From: Candidatus Multivorans sp.
GTDB lineage: Bacteria > Acidobacteriota > Thermoanaerobaculia > Multivoradales > Multivoraceae
Assembly: GCA_965224025.1 (NCBI GenBank)
Contig: OZ245033.1
Span: 1,824,001-1,888,000, forward strand
DNA length: 64,000 bases
Reading direction: 5' to 3'
How positions within the stretch are numbered: position 1 is the stretch's first letter; each line of letters opens with the position of its first letter. The position numbers were made by a program, and so were the translations under genes. The notes beneath the pieces were generated by a model, which was not told where the DNA came from, ran no database searches, and worked only from the letters and a program-made list of their open reading frames with translations. Below, one piece after another: positions 1 through 10,088 of this stretch.

Positions 1-29
1 CCAGCCAGAACGCCGCCAGCAACCTTGAC

Positions 30-212
30 TCAGTTCTCGGAGTTGCCTCGTCGCCGCGATTCCTGGATCATCACCAGGTGTGGCTCCCAGTCCGGCTCGA
101 CTACGGGAGTCTGACCCACATCAGACTGGCGGAAGAAGTCCTGAAGCTCGGCAACCGACTTGAAGGGACGGCGGTTCTGCTGCCGTCGGTCGCTTCGCGA
201 TTCTCTACGCAT
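30..212 (-). CDS. Small hypothetical protein, possibly an orphan antitoxin remnant
   Basis: 60-aa ORF; C-terminal EPDWEPHLVMIQESRRRG resembles small antitoxins that precede PIN toxins. No toxin ORF is visible before the window edge. Confidence 0.35.
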   Translation of the reverse strand: MRRESRSDRRQQNRRPFKSVAELQDFFRQSDVGQTPVVEPDWEPHLVMIQESRRRGNSEN

Positions 213-360
213 TTGGAGACCCCCTCGTCAATCACTGAACGCAGGACTCTAGGCCTCACGAATCCAACTGAGCAACCAAGGGTCCAAGGTTCTCCCGTCT
301 GGCCCTTCGACGCACGAGCCAGAGCTGCGGCCAGCGGAACGCCACGCAGACGCCACTCCA

Positions 361-601
361 GCCTGGGCGAGCGCCGGAAGGCCGTCCCAGCGAGCTGTCG
401 GCAAGCGACGGCCGATGCCCGTGCATCGACTGACGCTCAACCGGAGCGCAGCCGACCGCAGCGAGCGCCAGCCTCTCATCGTCCGAACAAGCGCGAACCC
501 GGGTGGCGCGATCCGCGCCACCCGTGAACCAGTCCGTGTGCCCGTCATCGGGCGCACGGATGGCGCCGCCGCAGGGACGGCCTTCCGGCGCTCGCCCAGG
601 C
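361..601. repeat. REPIN/MITE-like element with 28-bp perfect terminal inverted repeats and internal hairpins
   Basis: GCCTGGGCGAGCGCCGGAAGGCCGTCCC at 361-388 and its exact reverse complement at 574-601; internal hairpins at 500-524 and 533-560. Confidence 0.7.
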
Positions 602-628
602 GGGTGTAACCGACGCCGCTGCGCTCGG

Positions 629-1903
<1,275 letters not shown>

Positions 1904-2269
1904 GGCTCTCTTGCTCCTTCTTCCCAGATAGAGGGCTCTGTGATTTGAGGCCGCGAAGCTATCGCACCGGCCGGCGGACGCCACATTCCGAGCGCCGCGG
2001 GCGCCACTCTGGCGGCCGGTGATTCAAGAACCGGAATCGGAAAACCGAATCCCGGATCCGCCGGATCCAGCGATTCGCAGAAACGTCTCCAAGACAGTGA
2101 ATTGACGATCCGGGCCCCTGCGTGACATCAAACACCCGAATTATGGAAAAGCCGCGCAAGAACAACACTAAATCGCCTGACCGAGCGCTTGTCCGGCTCT
2201 CGTCACAAAGGCTGGCATCCACCTTGCTCCAGGTCTCGTCATGCCCCACAAGCAGGAGGACCTTCCGTA

Positions 2270-5011
2270 GTGTCACATCACCAAGACAACCCCAGAGGAA
2301 ACCGCTCCGGCCTCAGCCGAAGCGCGATCCTGGGGCTATGCGCCGTACTGGCGCTTGCGTTTCTTGCCGCCCCGACGGCCGCGCAGCTCACCGGCCGTCT
2401 GGCCGGACAGGTGCAGGACGCCGACGGCGCCGCACTTCCCGGCGTCGCCGTTACCGTCAACTCGCCCAACCTGATGGGCACCCGAACCGACTTCACGGAC
2501 GAAGACGGCGGGTTCAGCTTCCCCAGTCTGCCGCCGGGCGTCTACACGATCGACGCCGAACTTGACGGCTTCATTCCGCAGAGACGGACAGAGATCGAGG
2601 TTAGCGTCAGCGGAGCCGTTGAGCTCCACATCTCCATGCCCGTAGGCGAGTTCGGCGAAGAGGTGACGGTCACAGCCGAGACTCCAGTCGTCGATCCGGA
2701 GCAGGTGTCTACGTCCTACCACTTCTCCACCGAGTACCTCCAGAAGGCGTCAGTGGGCTCGATCCGACGCAGCTATCAGAGCGTCCTGCAGCAGGCCGCC
2801 GGCGTTGCGGGAGGCGCCAACCCAAACGTCTTCGGTTCGACACTGGGCGAGAACACCTGGATCGTCGATGGCGTCGACACCACCGACCCGGTGACCGCAA
2901 CCTTCAACATCAACCTAGGCTTCGACTCCTTGCACGTCGTCGACTTCGAAACCGGCGGATACGAGGCGAAGTACGGTCGGGCCACCGGTGGCATCGTCAA
3001 TGCCGTGACCAAGTCCGGGGGCAACCAGTTCTCGGGCACGGCCGACATCCGCTACCGGGACACGGACTTCACCACAAGTGGAGAGCACTTCGACCCGGAA
3101 CAGAACATCTCGGAACGCCGGAACCCCGAGTTCACCTTCGGCGGCCCGTTTCAGCGGGACAGGCTCTGGTTCTTCAGTTCATTCATGCCCGTCCGTTCCA
3201 AAAGCACACCCACTGAGTCGTTACTCACCAGGGACTTTGAAGGAACAAACCTCCTGGGAAAGATCACCTGGCAAGCCAATCCGGAGTGGCAGATCGTGGC
3301 GCGCTACCTCGGCGAGGATGCGACAATCGACAACTCGAACGCCTCCAGGTTCGTGGCACCCGAAGCCGCGAGCTTCCAGGAGCAGCCGGCCAGCATCTCC
3401 GGCTTCGAAATCCTCGGAGTTCCGACATCGAACCTCCAGTGGTTCCTCAAGGCCGGCCTGCTGCGCAGCGAGTTGAACGTCTTTCCGCGGAGCGGTGACT
3501 TCGACACAATCGGACATACTGACAGAGTAACGAGCGTCTCCACGATGAACTACACTAACCAGCAGTTCTCGAATCGCGACCGCGACGATCTAGCGACCAA
3601 CCTGACCTGGTTCACGGATGGCGCAGCGGGCGATCACGAGCTCCAGTTAGGCCTGGAGTACGCCGGCAACCTGTTCCGCACCCGCAACGACGCTACAGGC
3701 GGAGGCTATTCGTATTCGGATAGTAGCGGTTCGCCTTTCATTCTGAACTTCTCGCCGCTCGATCCCTTTCTCGAGTACGACTCCGAGTTGCACTCGGCTT
3801 ACCTCCAAGACACGTGGCGGCTCGGTAACGTAACCCTGAAAGCGGGACTACGCCACGACCGGATCTCGTTCACCAACGACATCGGCACCGAAGTGACTGA
3901 TCTGTCGCAGCTGCAGCCTCGCCTCGGTGTAGCTTGGGACGTGAATGGTGATTCCAGAACTGTTGCCCGGGCGAGCTGGACCCGCGCCATGCACCCGAAC
4001 GCACTGACGCTGCCGAGTTTCGCCCGAGTGAGACGAACGCCCTCGATGCGCTATCTGTCGTGCTCCACTTTCTCCGCACGATTCCTTGGAGTCCTGCCAG
4101 GACACTGTGCCGCAGCAGCGCCCGGCGTGAGGACGGTTGGCGATTTCACCGTGTCGAACTGGATCGCGGATCCGTCGGGAGGCTTCGACGCCCACGGCTG
4201 GTTCTTCTTCGACTCGTTCTCGAGCCAGCCCGCCACAGTCCAGCCAGGGCTCGACCCTACCTATGCGGAGTCCTTGATCGTAGCTGTCGAGCGGGAACTT
4301 ACCCGCCGCACTTCGATCGCGCTCACCTACGTGGACAAGGAGACTCTCGACATTTTCGAGGACACCTGCAACGGCAATGTGCCGGCGCCAGTGGCGGGCG
4401 CGGACTGCACTTTCTACACGATGGTGAATCTTCCTGGGGCCACTCGCGACTACAGCGGAGTCATAGTCGACTTCGAGTCACGGTTCGCCGACTGGTTCCA
4501 AGTCCTCGCCTCGTACACTCGATCGGAATCGAAGGGTAACGTCGAATACACACAGAACGCCGGGATAGCTTTCGACATCTTCCCCGATCACTTCCACAAT
4601 CGCTACGGCTTCCTCAGCGATCACCGCAAGCATCGGGTGAAGATCAACGGCTACGTCGAGCTCCCGCTCGACTTTGGTCTCGGCGTCATCGGCTTCTGGT
4701 CATCTCCGTTCGTGTACTCTGCTGCCCAAGCGCAGCAGGATCCGTCGTCGTACGGCCTCGACTACACCGAGCCCCGGGGCAGCCGCGAGGCGAACGAGAA
4801 CTACCGTCTCGACCTGGAGGTTCGGAAGGGCTTCAACTTCGGCAACCGCCTGCGGTTCCAGTTGATCGCCGCGGTTTACAACGTCTTCGATCAGGAGCAG
4901 GTCACCGGAGTCTGCAGTCGGCTTGAAGGCTGCGGCACGGTTGCTTTCGGAGACGCGACAACTTTCCGACAGCCGAGGAACTACGAAGCCGGAATCCGCT
5001 TCGAGTTCTAG
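2270..5011 (+). CDS. TonB-dependent receptor, Oar-like, with carboxypeptidase-regulatory-like N-domain
   Basis: Signal peptide; G-x-V-x-D...LPGV-x-V domain; GGYEAKYGRATGGIVNAVTKSGGN plug motif; C-terminal GIRFEF; GTG at 2270 after GGAGGA. Confidence 0.9.
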   Translation: MSHHQDNPRGNRSGLSRSAILGLCAVLALAFLAAPTAAQLTGRLAGQVQDADGAALPGVAVTVNSPNLMGTRTDFTDEDGGFSFPSLPPGVYTIDAELDGFIPQRRTEIEVSVSGAVELHISMPVGEFGEEVTVTAETPVVDPEQVSTSYHFSTEYLQKASVGSIRRSYQSVLQQAAGVAGGANPNVFGSTLGENTWIVDGVDTTDPVTATFNINLGFDSLHVVDFETGGYEAKYGRATGGIVNAVTKSGGNQFSGTADIRYRDTDFTTSGEHFDPEQNISERRNPEFTFGGPFQRDRLWFFSSFMPVRSKSTPTESLLTRDFEGTNLLGKITWQANPEWQIVARYLGEDATIDNSNASRFVAPEAASFQEQPASISGFEILGVPTSNLQWFLKAGLLRSELNVFPRSGDFDTIGHTDRVTSVSTMNYTNQQFSNRDRDDLATNLTWFTDGAAGDHELQLGLEYAGNLFRTRNDATGGGYSYSDSSGSPFILNFSPLDPFLEYDSELHSAYLQDTWRLGNVTLKAGLRHDRISFTNDIGTEVTDLSQLQPRLGVAWDVNGDSRTVARASWTRAMHPNALTLPSFARVRRTPSMRYLSCSTFSARFLGVLPGHCAAAAPGVRTVGDFTVSNWIADPSGGFDAHGWFFFDSFSSQPATVQPGLDPTYAESLIVAVERELTRRTSIALTYVDKETLDIFEDTCNGNVPAPVAGADCTFYTMVNLPGATRDYSGVIVDFESRFADWFQVLASYTRSESKGNVEYTQNAGIAFDIFPDHFHNRYGFLSDHRKHRVKINGYVELPLDFGLGVIGFWSSPFVYSAAQAQQDPSSYGLDYTEPRGSREANENYRLDLEVRKGFNFGNRLRFQLIAAVYNVFDQEQVTGVCSRLEGCGTVAFGDATTFRQPRNYEAGIRFEF

Positions 5012-5038
5012 AGGAGCTAGAGCGGCTCAAAGCGCGAA

Positions 5039-5074
5039 GGGCCCGGTGTCTCGCATTGTCGAGGCGCCGGGCTC
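5039..5074 (+). terminator. GC-rich stem-loop after the TonB receptor gene
   Basis: GGGCCCGGTGTCTCG-loop-CGAGGCGCCGGGCTC with G-U pairs; no clear U-tract. Confidence 0.35.
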
Positions 5075-5115
5075 TGGTGGGCTATCCACCCAAACATGAA
5101 GGAGGCAAAGATAGG

Positions 5116-5553
5116 ATGTTGACGTCTCTTCTTGCTCTTGTCGCGATTGCCACACCAGCCGTTGCGGACGGCCCTGAGGTTTCTCAAAGCAATTCTACTC
5201 AGAGGACACTCCAGACCAGCCGAAACTTGTACGGAAGCGCTGCGCTCGGAGCATTCTCGCTGAGCCAAACAACGCGATGGACCGCGCTTCGAGGTGCAAG
5301 TGGCCTTCTCTTCCCGGCCATTTCCGCGCTCGCTACTGGGTCGGCGTCGGATACTGAGGACGATCCGCCTTGTTCACCAGACGACCCGGCTCAGCACCCA
5401 TGCATGCGACCGGAGCCGCCACCGCCGCTCGTACGCGAGTACGTGGATGGCTATTGCATCTACCGGTACTACTTGGCGGAAACCAGTAATCCTTTCGTCG
5501 AACGCAGGGTGATCGGCTGGTGGCGCTGTTGGAAAGGGACGGGAACCGACTGA
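5116..5553 (+). CDS. Hypothetical secreted protein with Pro/Cys-rich C-terminus
   Basis: MLTSLLALVAIATPAVA signal peptide; GGAGG upstream; 4 Cys in the C-terminal part. Confidence 0.55.
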   Translation: MLTSLLALVAIATPAVADGPEVSQSNSTQRTLQTSRNLYGSAALGAFSLSQTTRWTALRGASGLLFPAISALATGSASDTEDDPPCSPDDPAQHPCMRPEPPPPLVREYVDGYCIYRYYLAETSNPFVERRVIGWWRCWKGTGTD

Positions 5554-5677
5554 GATTAGCGAAGGCCGCCGGAGCGCTCGACTCCATCCACCTCTAAGCC
5601 TAGAGCTCGGCCTCTTCCCTCGCGCGCGCCTTGCGGATATTCGTGTTGTCCCAATCGGAAGGAGAAAGGGAGTCTCA

Positions 5678-7148
5678 ATGAGGCTTGGAGCCGCAGCCGC
5701 CGTCGCCTTGTTCATCGCAGCCGTCCCACTGCGGGGACAGGAGAGTCCGTTGCCGGACCTGTTCTCGGACGTGATCGATGTCCGGATCGTCAACGTCGAA
5801 GCCGTCGTCACCGACAGGAAGGGAAACCGGATTCGCGGGCTTGAGGCCAGCGACTTCGACCTCCGGATCGACGGTAAATCCGTGCCGATCGACTACTTCA
5901 CCGAGATCCACGACGGGCGCGCGCTGGCGCCTTCCGATGACGAAGTCGGCAGCGTACCGTCTCTGGAGCCGGAGCAACCTGCGCGTACGAGCTATCTGAT
6001 CTTCATCGACGATCGGTTCGCGATCAAGCAGCGTAGAGACCGCGTGCTGAAACGTCTCCAACAGGATCTGGCGCGGCTCGGACCCGCCGATCAACTGGCG
6101 CTGGTGGCCTACGATGGCAGCGACCTCACGCTGATCACGGACTGGACCAGCGCACGTGACCAGATCGAGGACGGGTTGCTGCAGGCAAGAAGCCGCAAGT
6201 CGCGCGGCCTGCAGCTCTACACGTTCAACACGGGCGTAGACCGGTTCGACGCTACACGGCGATCGGTGATGGCCGCCGCGGGCGCCGTGCGCAGCTTCGC
6301 CACCTCACCGGGCCGCAAGGTGATGCTGCTGCTGACCGAAGGCTGGGTCACCGCGGACAACCCCTGGGTGCTGGACGGGCTCTACGGTCCGCTCGTCACC
6401 GCCGCGAACCTGGTCGGCTACAGCCTCTACCCCATCGACCTTCCGGGCCTCGAGCCCCCCGGGATGATCTTCGCGAGCCGGTCTAGAGGACTTACCGGAC
6501 GGGAACGGAGGTGGCACGACGTTCTCCGGTTCCTTGCCGAGGAGACCGGCGGATTGCCAATGCTCAACGCGTTCCGCGAAAAGGCGCTCGCCGAGGCGGT
6601 CGAGGACACTCGCTCTTACTACTGGCTGGGATTCGAGCCTCCGCGCAGACGACAGCCTGCACGACATCCGTATCCGGCTGCCCGACCACCGCGGCCTCCG
6701 GATCCGGACCCGCGAGAGCTACGTGGATATGTCCAAGGGAGCCGAGCTCTCGATGCTGGTCGAGGGCGCCCTGCTGTTCGGCGGCTCGCCCGGCACCGAG
6801 TCCCTGGGCGTGAGCTTCGGCACGCCGAGAAAAGCCGGCTTCCGAAAGCTCCTGGTGCCGATGAAGGTGACGGTACTGCTCGACGACGTGGAACTGCTCC
6901 CGATCGACGGCCAGTGGATGAACGAGCTGGACTTCCGGATCCGACTCATGGACAAGTACGGTGATCAGGTCGTGCCACCGACCGCGACGGTCCCCGTGGC
7001 CATCCCGAAGGAGCCCCTGCCGGGCGACCGGCTCGTCTTCGAAACGGACCTGCACATCCGCAAGCGCAAGCACCGCTTCGTCGCGGCAGTGTACGACCCG
7101 CTGACCGGGGAGCTGCTGTCGACGACCGGCACCGTCGGGCCCAGGTAG
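5678..7148 (+). pseudogene. VWA-domain protein (VWFA-related Acidobacterial type), frameshifted near 6645
   Basis: Signal peptide, IDVRIVNVEAVVTD, GRKVMLLLTEGW, LAEETGG, SYYWLGFEP in one frame; continues as DDSLHDIRIRL...RTRESY in another frame. Confidence 0.75.
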
Positions 7149-7298
7149 AGCGACCTTTGAAACGAGAAGGTCCAGCCCGCGCGACTCACCGACGTCCTGC
7201 TGCGGCCTTGCTGGAAGGGCGCCTGACCGCTCTCGGTGCAGCACGGACTTCCGCGGCGGGGCTGCTGGGCCTGTCGCCAGGCAGCCGACGAGCCGCCT

Positions 7299-7835
7299 TC
7301 AGCCCATCTCGACAGCGCGAGGCCGGCACAGCTCGCGCAGCCGGCCTGCATCGTTCTCGTTCAGGCGATGAATCCGCAACAGCAACCGGCCCTCGGCGAC
7401 GTGACGGTCGAGTTCCGAAGCCTGGCCGCGGCGGCCGCGGATCGACCTTCCCGGTAGTAGCCCGCCCTCCCAGAGCACCCGCAGGACGGTCATCAGGATC
7501 AATCCGAGCGCGGTGCCTTCATAGGTGACGACGCCGACCGGCGGACCGGCGACGATCGACATGCCGCCGGTCGGCAGCGGGTACGCGAGGGCGGTCCCGG
7601 CCGCCAGACCGAAGGCGGTCAGACCGCCGAGCACGGCGCCGGCGAGCGCAAACAGCAGGACCCGGGACTTCGGCTTCGGCAGCGGCAGTTCGTCTTCTTC
7701 CAGCGGCGCGGGGCTGCGCACTTCGACCTTGGAAGCCGCGACACCCGACTCGAGCGCGGCTTCCACGACCGCCCGCAGGTCCGCGACCTGCTCGAATGCC
7801 GCTTCGACCAGATGACGCTCCGCCGCCGCCGTCAT
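7299..7835 (-). CDS. ActD/DUF3341-like membrane subunit
   Basis: Starts MTAAAERHLV overlapping the NrfD stop; two TM segments around YPLPTGGMSIV...VTYE; operon position. Confidence 0.75.
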   Translation of the reverse strand: MTAAAERHLVEAAFEQVADLRAVVEAALESGVAASKVEVRSPAPLEEDELPLPKPKSRVLLFALAGAVLGGLTAFGLAAGTALAYPLPTGGMSIVAGPPVGVVTYEGTALGLILMTVLRVLWEGGLLPGRSIRGRRGQASELDRHVAEGRLLLRIHRLNENDAGRLRELCRPRAVEMG

Positions 7836-9295
7836 GCCGCACCTCCACCGGGTATCGGCGCCGCCGGCGTCGCGGAGGCCGGCGCGGCATCGGCGGTCGC
7901 CGCCCCACGAAGTCGCCGTCCCGGATCGCCATTCCGGTTCACGTCGTCGGTGCCGCTCGCAGCACCACCGCCCTCTTCGCCGCCAGAGTGGCGCCAGCCC
8001 TCGCGCATCTCCCACACGGAGACGATCGGCAGCAACTGGGTGAACGTGAAGTAGAGACAGGCGAACACGCCGACCGCCCCGATCATGATTCCGAACTCCA
8101 CCCAGCTCGGCATGTAGTCGCCGACGCTGTACGCCAGCCGCGGCGTGGACAGGGACGGCACGACGATCAGGAACCGTTCGAGCCACATGCCGACCAGCAC
8201 GCCGCAACCGACCAGGGCGGTCGGCAACGGCCGCCGGCCGCGCGGGAAGGAGAGCACGGCCACAGGGATCACGAGGTTCACCACCACCATGGTCCAGAAC
8301 GGCAAGGCGAAGTCGCCGTGCAGCAGAACGTGATGCACCAGTTTCTCGGGCAGGTCGCCGCTGTACCAGACCGTCAGGTGCTCGGCGAACGTGAAGTAGC
8401 CCCAGACCAGGGACATGGTCACGAACAGGAGTCCGAGGTTGTTGAACACGCGGTCGGTCAGGAAGCGCCCGAGCCCGAGACCGCGGCGGAGCAGCGCCAT
8501 CGCGATCATGAGCACCGCGATCCCCGAGAAGATCGCGCCGACGACGAAGTAGGGGCCGAAGATCGTGCTCTTCCAGCCCGGCGTCCGGGTCATCGCGAAG
8601 TCCCAGGAGACGATCGTGTGCACGGAGACGGCGACCGGGATGATCGCGACCGCCAGAATGCGGATTCCCCACTCCAGGCTGTGCCACTGCTGCGCGGTGC
8701 CTCGCCAGCCGAGAGCGAGCATCGCGTAGAAGCGCTTCCTGAGACCCGCCGCCGCGCGGTCCCGCATCACCGCCGCATCCGGAATCAGGGGCAGGAACAG
8801 GTAGAGCGCGCTGCCGATGATGTAGGTCGTGATCGCGGCGATGTCCCAGACCAGGGGCGAGCGGAAGTTCGGCCACAGCATCCGGCTGTTCGGGTACGGG
8901 ATCATGTAGTAGAAGATCGCGACCCGGCCGAGGTGAATCAGCGGGAACAGACCGCCGATGGCGAGCGCGAACAGCGTGATCGCCTCCGCCGATCGGGTCA
9001 CCGGCCGCCGCCACTCCGCCTTGGTCACCCGCAGGATCGCCGAGATCAGCGTGCCGGCGTGGCTGATGCCGATCCAGAAGACGAAGTTGATGATGTGGAA
9101 GCCCCAGAACACCGGCCGGTTGATGCCGGTGACGCCGATGCCGTTCGCGATCTGGTAGCCCCAGCAGTAGAGGAAGACCAGGGCCAGCGCGCCGCTCGCC
9201 AGCGAGCCGGCCAGCAAGCCCGGACGGCGCCGGTCGAGGCGGCCGAGCAGCTCGCCGTCGAGCGTTGCCGCGCGGTTCTCGGTCCGATCCGTCAC
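7832..9295 (-). CDS. nrfD: NrfD/PsrC-family membrane subunit (ActC/QrcD-like)
   Basis: WGFHIINFVFWIGISHAGTLISAIL, HLGR, WPNFRSPLVWD, SVHTIVSWDF, WLERFLIVVP. Confidence 0.92.
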   Translation of the reverse strand: MTDRTENRAATLDGELLGRLDRRRPGLLAGSLASGALALVFLYCWGYQIANGIGVTGINRPVFWGFHIINFVFWIGISHAGTLISAILRVTKAEWRRPVTRSAEAITLFALAIGGLFPLIHLGRVAIFYYMIPYPNSRMLWPNFRSPLVWDIAAITTYIIGSALYLFLPLIPDAAVMRDRAAAGLRKRFYAMLALGWRGTAQQWHSLEWGIRILAVAIIPVAVSVHTIVSWDFAMTRTPGWKSTIFGPYFVVGAIFSGIAVLMIAMALLRRGLGLGRFLTDRVFNNLGLLFVTMSLVWGYFTFAEHLTVWYSGDLPEKLVHHVLLHGDFALPFWTMVVVNLVIPVAVLSFPRGRRPLPTALVGCGVLVGMWLERFLIVVPSLSTPRLAYSVGDYMPSWVEFGIMIGAVGVFACLYFTFTQLLPIVSVWEMREGWRHSGGEEGGGAASGTDDVNRNGDPGRRLRGAATADAAPASATPAAPIPGGGAA

Positions 9296-9390
9296 CCGAA
9301 CCTCTCCCGCCGCACCGGCCCGCCGAAGCAGCCGCGTTCAGGGCGCGCGCTGAACGTCGAGGCCAGATCGTCGAACGGCCTGCCGCTCAT
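9292..9390 (-). pseudogene. 32-aa translationally coupled mini-ORF, possible collapsed second NrfD-type gene
   Basis: MSGRPFDDLASTFSARPERGCFGGPVRRERFG overlaps the upstream stop and the downstream start by 4 nt each. Confidence 0.4.
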
Positions 9391-10088
9391 TCGGCGGGCT
9401 CCCGCCACTCCGAGCCGCTCAGGTAGACGACGCCGGGACGGGTGTCCAGATCGCCCAGGAGGCTGAACGCCCGCGGCGACTCCGCCCACCGGGAGACTTC
9501 GCTGTCCGCGTCGTCGAGGTCGCCGAACGCGATCGCCTTCGTCGGGCACGACTGCTGGCAGGCGGTCTTGATGTCGCCGTCCGCGACCTCGCGTTCCCCC
9601 TGGGACGCCTCGTCCTTGCCGGCGACGATGCGCTGCACGCAGAAGGTGCACTTCTCCATCACCCCGCCGGGCCGGACGCTCACGTCCGGGTTCAACTGGG
9701 AGTCGAGCGGGGCCGGGAACTCGGCGTCGAACCAGTTGAAGACGCGTACCGTGTACGGGCAGTTGTTGGCGCAGAACCGCGTGCCGATGCAGCGGCTGTA
9801 CACCATCGCGTTCAACCCTTCCGGGTTGTGGTACGTCGCGTAGACGGGGCAGACCGGTTCGCACGGGGCCGCGCCGCACTGCTGGCAGAGGACGGGCATG
9901 AAGCGTGTGCGGACGTTCGGGAAATCGCCCTCGTAGTAGCGCTCGATCCGGAGCCAGTGCATCGCCCGGCCCTCGCGCGCCTGCTCCTCGCCGACCGTCT
10001 GGATGTTGTTCTCGGCGGAACACGCGACGACGCAGGCCTCGCAGCCGGTGCAGCGGTCGAGATCGATGGCCATGCCCCAGCGCGTCAT
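9387..10088 (-). CDS. 4Fe-4S dicluster subunit (NrfC/QrcC/ActB2-like)
   Basis: CTGCEACVVAC, CQQCGAAPCEPVCP, CIGTRFCANNCPY, KCTFC...ACQQSCP. Confidence 0.93.
   Translation of the reverse strand: MTRWGMAIDLDRCTGCEACVVACSAENNIQTVGEEQAREGRAMHWLRIERYYEGDFPNVRTRFMPVLCQQCGAAPCEPVCPVYATYHNPEGLNAMVYSRCIGTRFCANNCPYTVRVFNWFDAEFPAPLDSQLNPDVSVRPGGVMEKCTFCVQRIVAGKDEASQGEREVADGDIKTACQQSCPTKAIAFGDLDDADSEVSRWAESPRAFSLLGDLDTRPGVVYLSGSEWREPAE

Noticed and set aside
1965-2095. Short palindromes in the divergent intergenic region as a structured RNA
   Set aside because: Stems are short and expected at this GC content; no recognisable RNA family signature.
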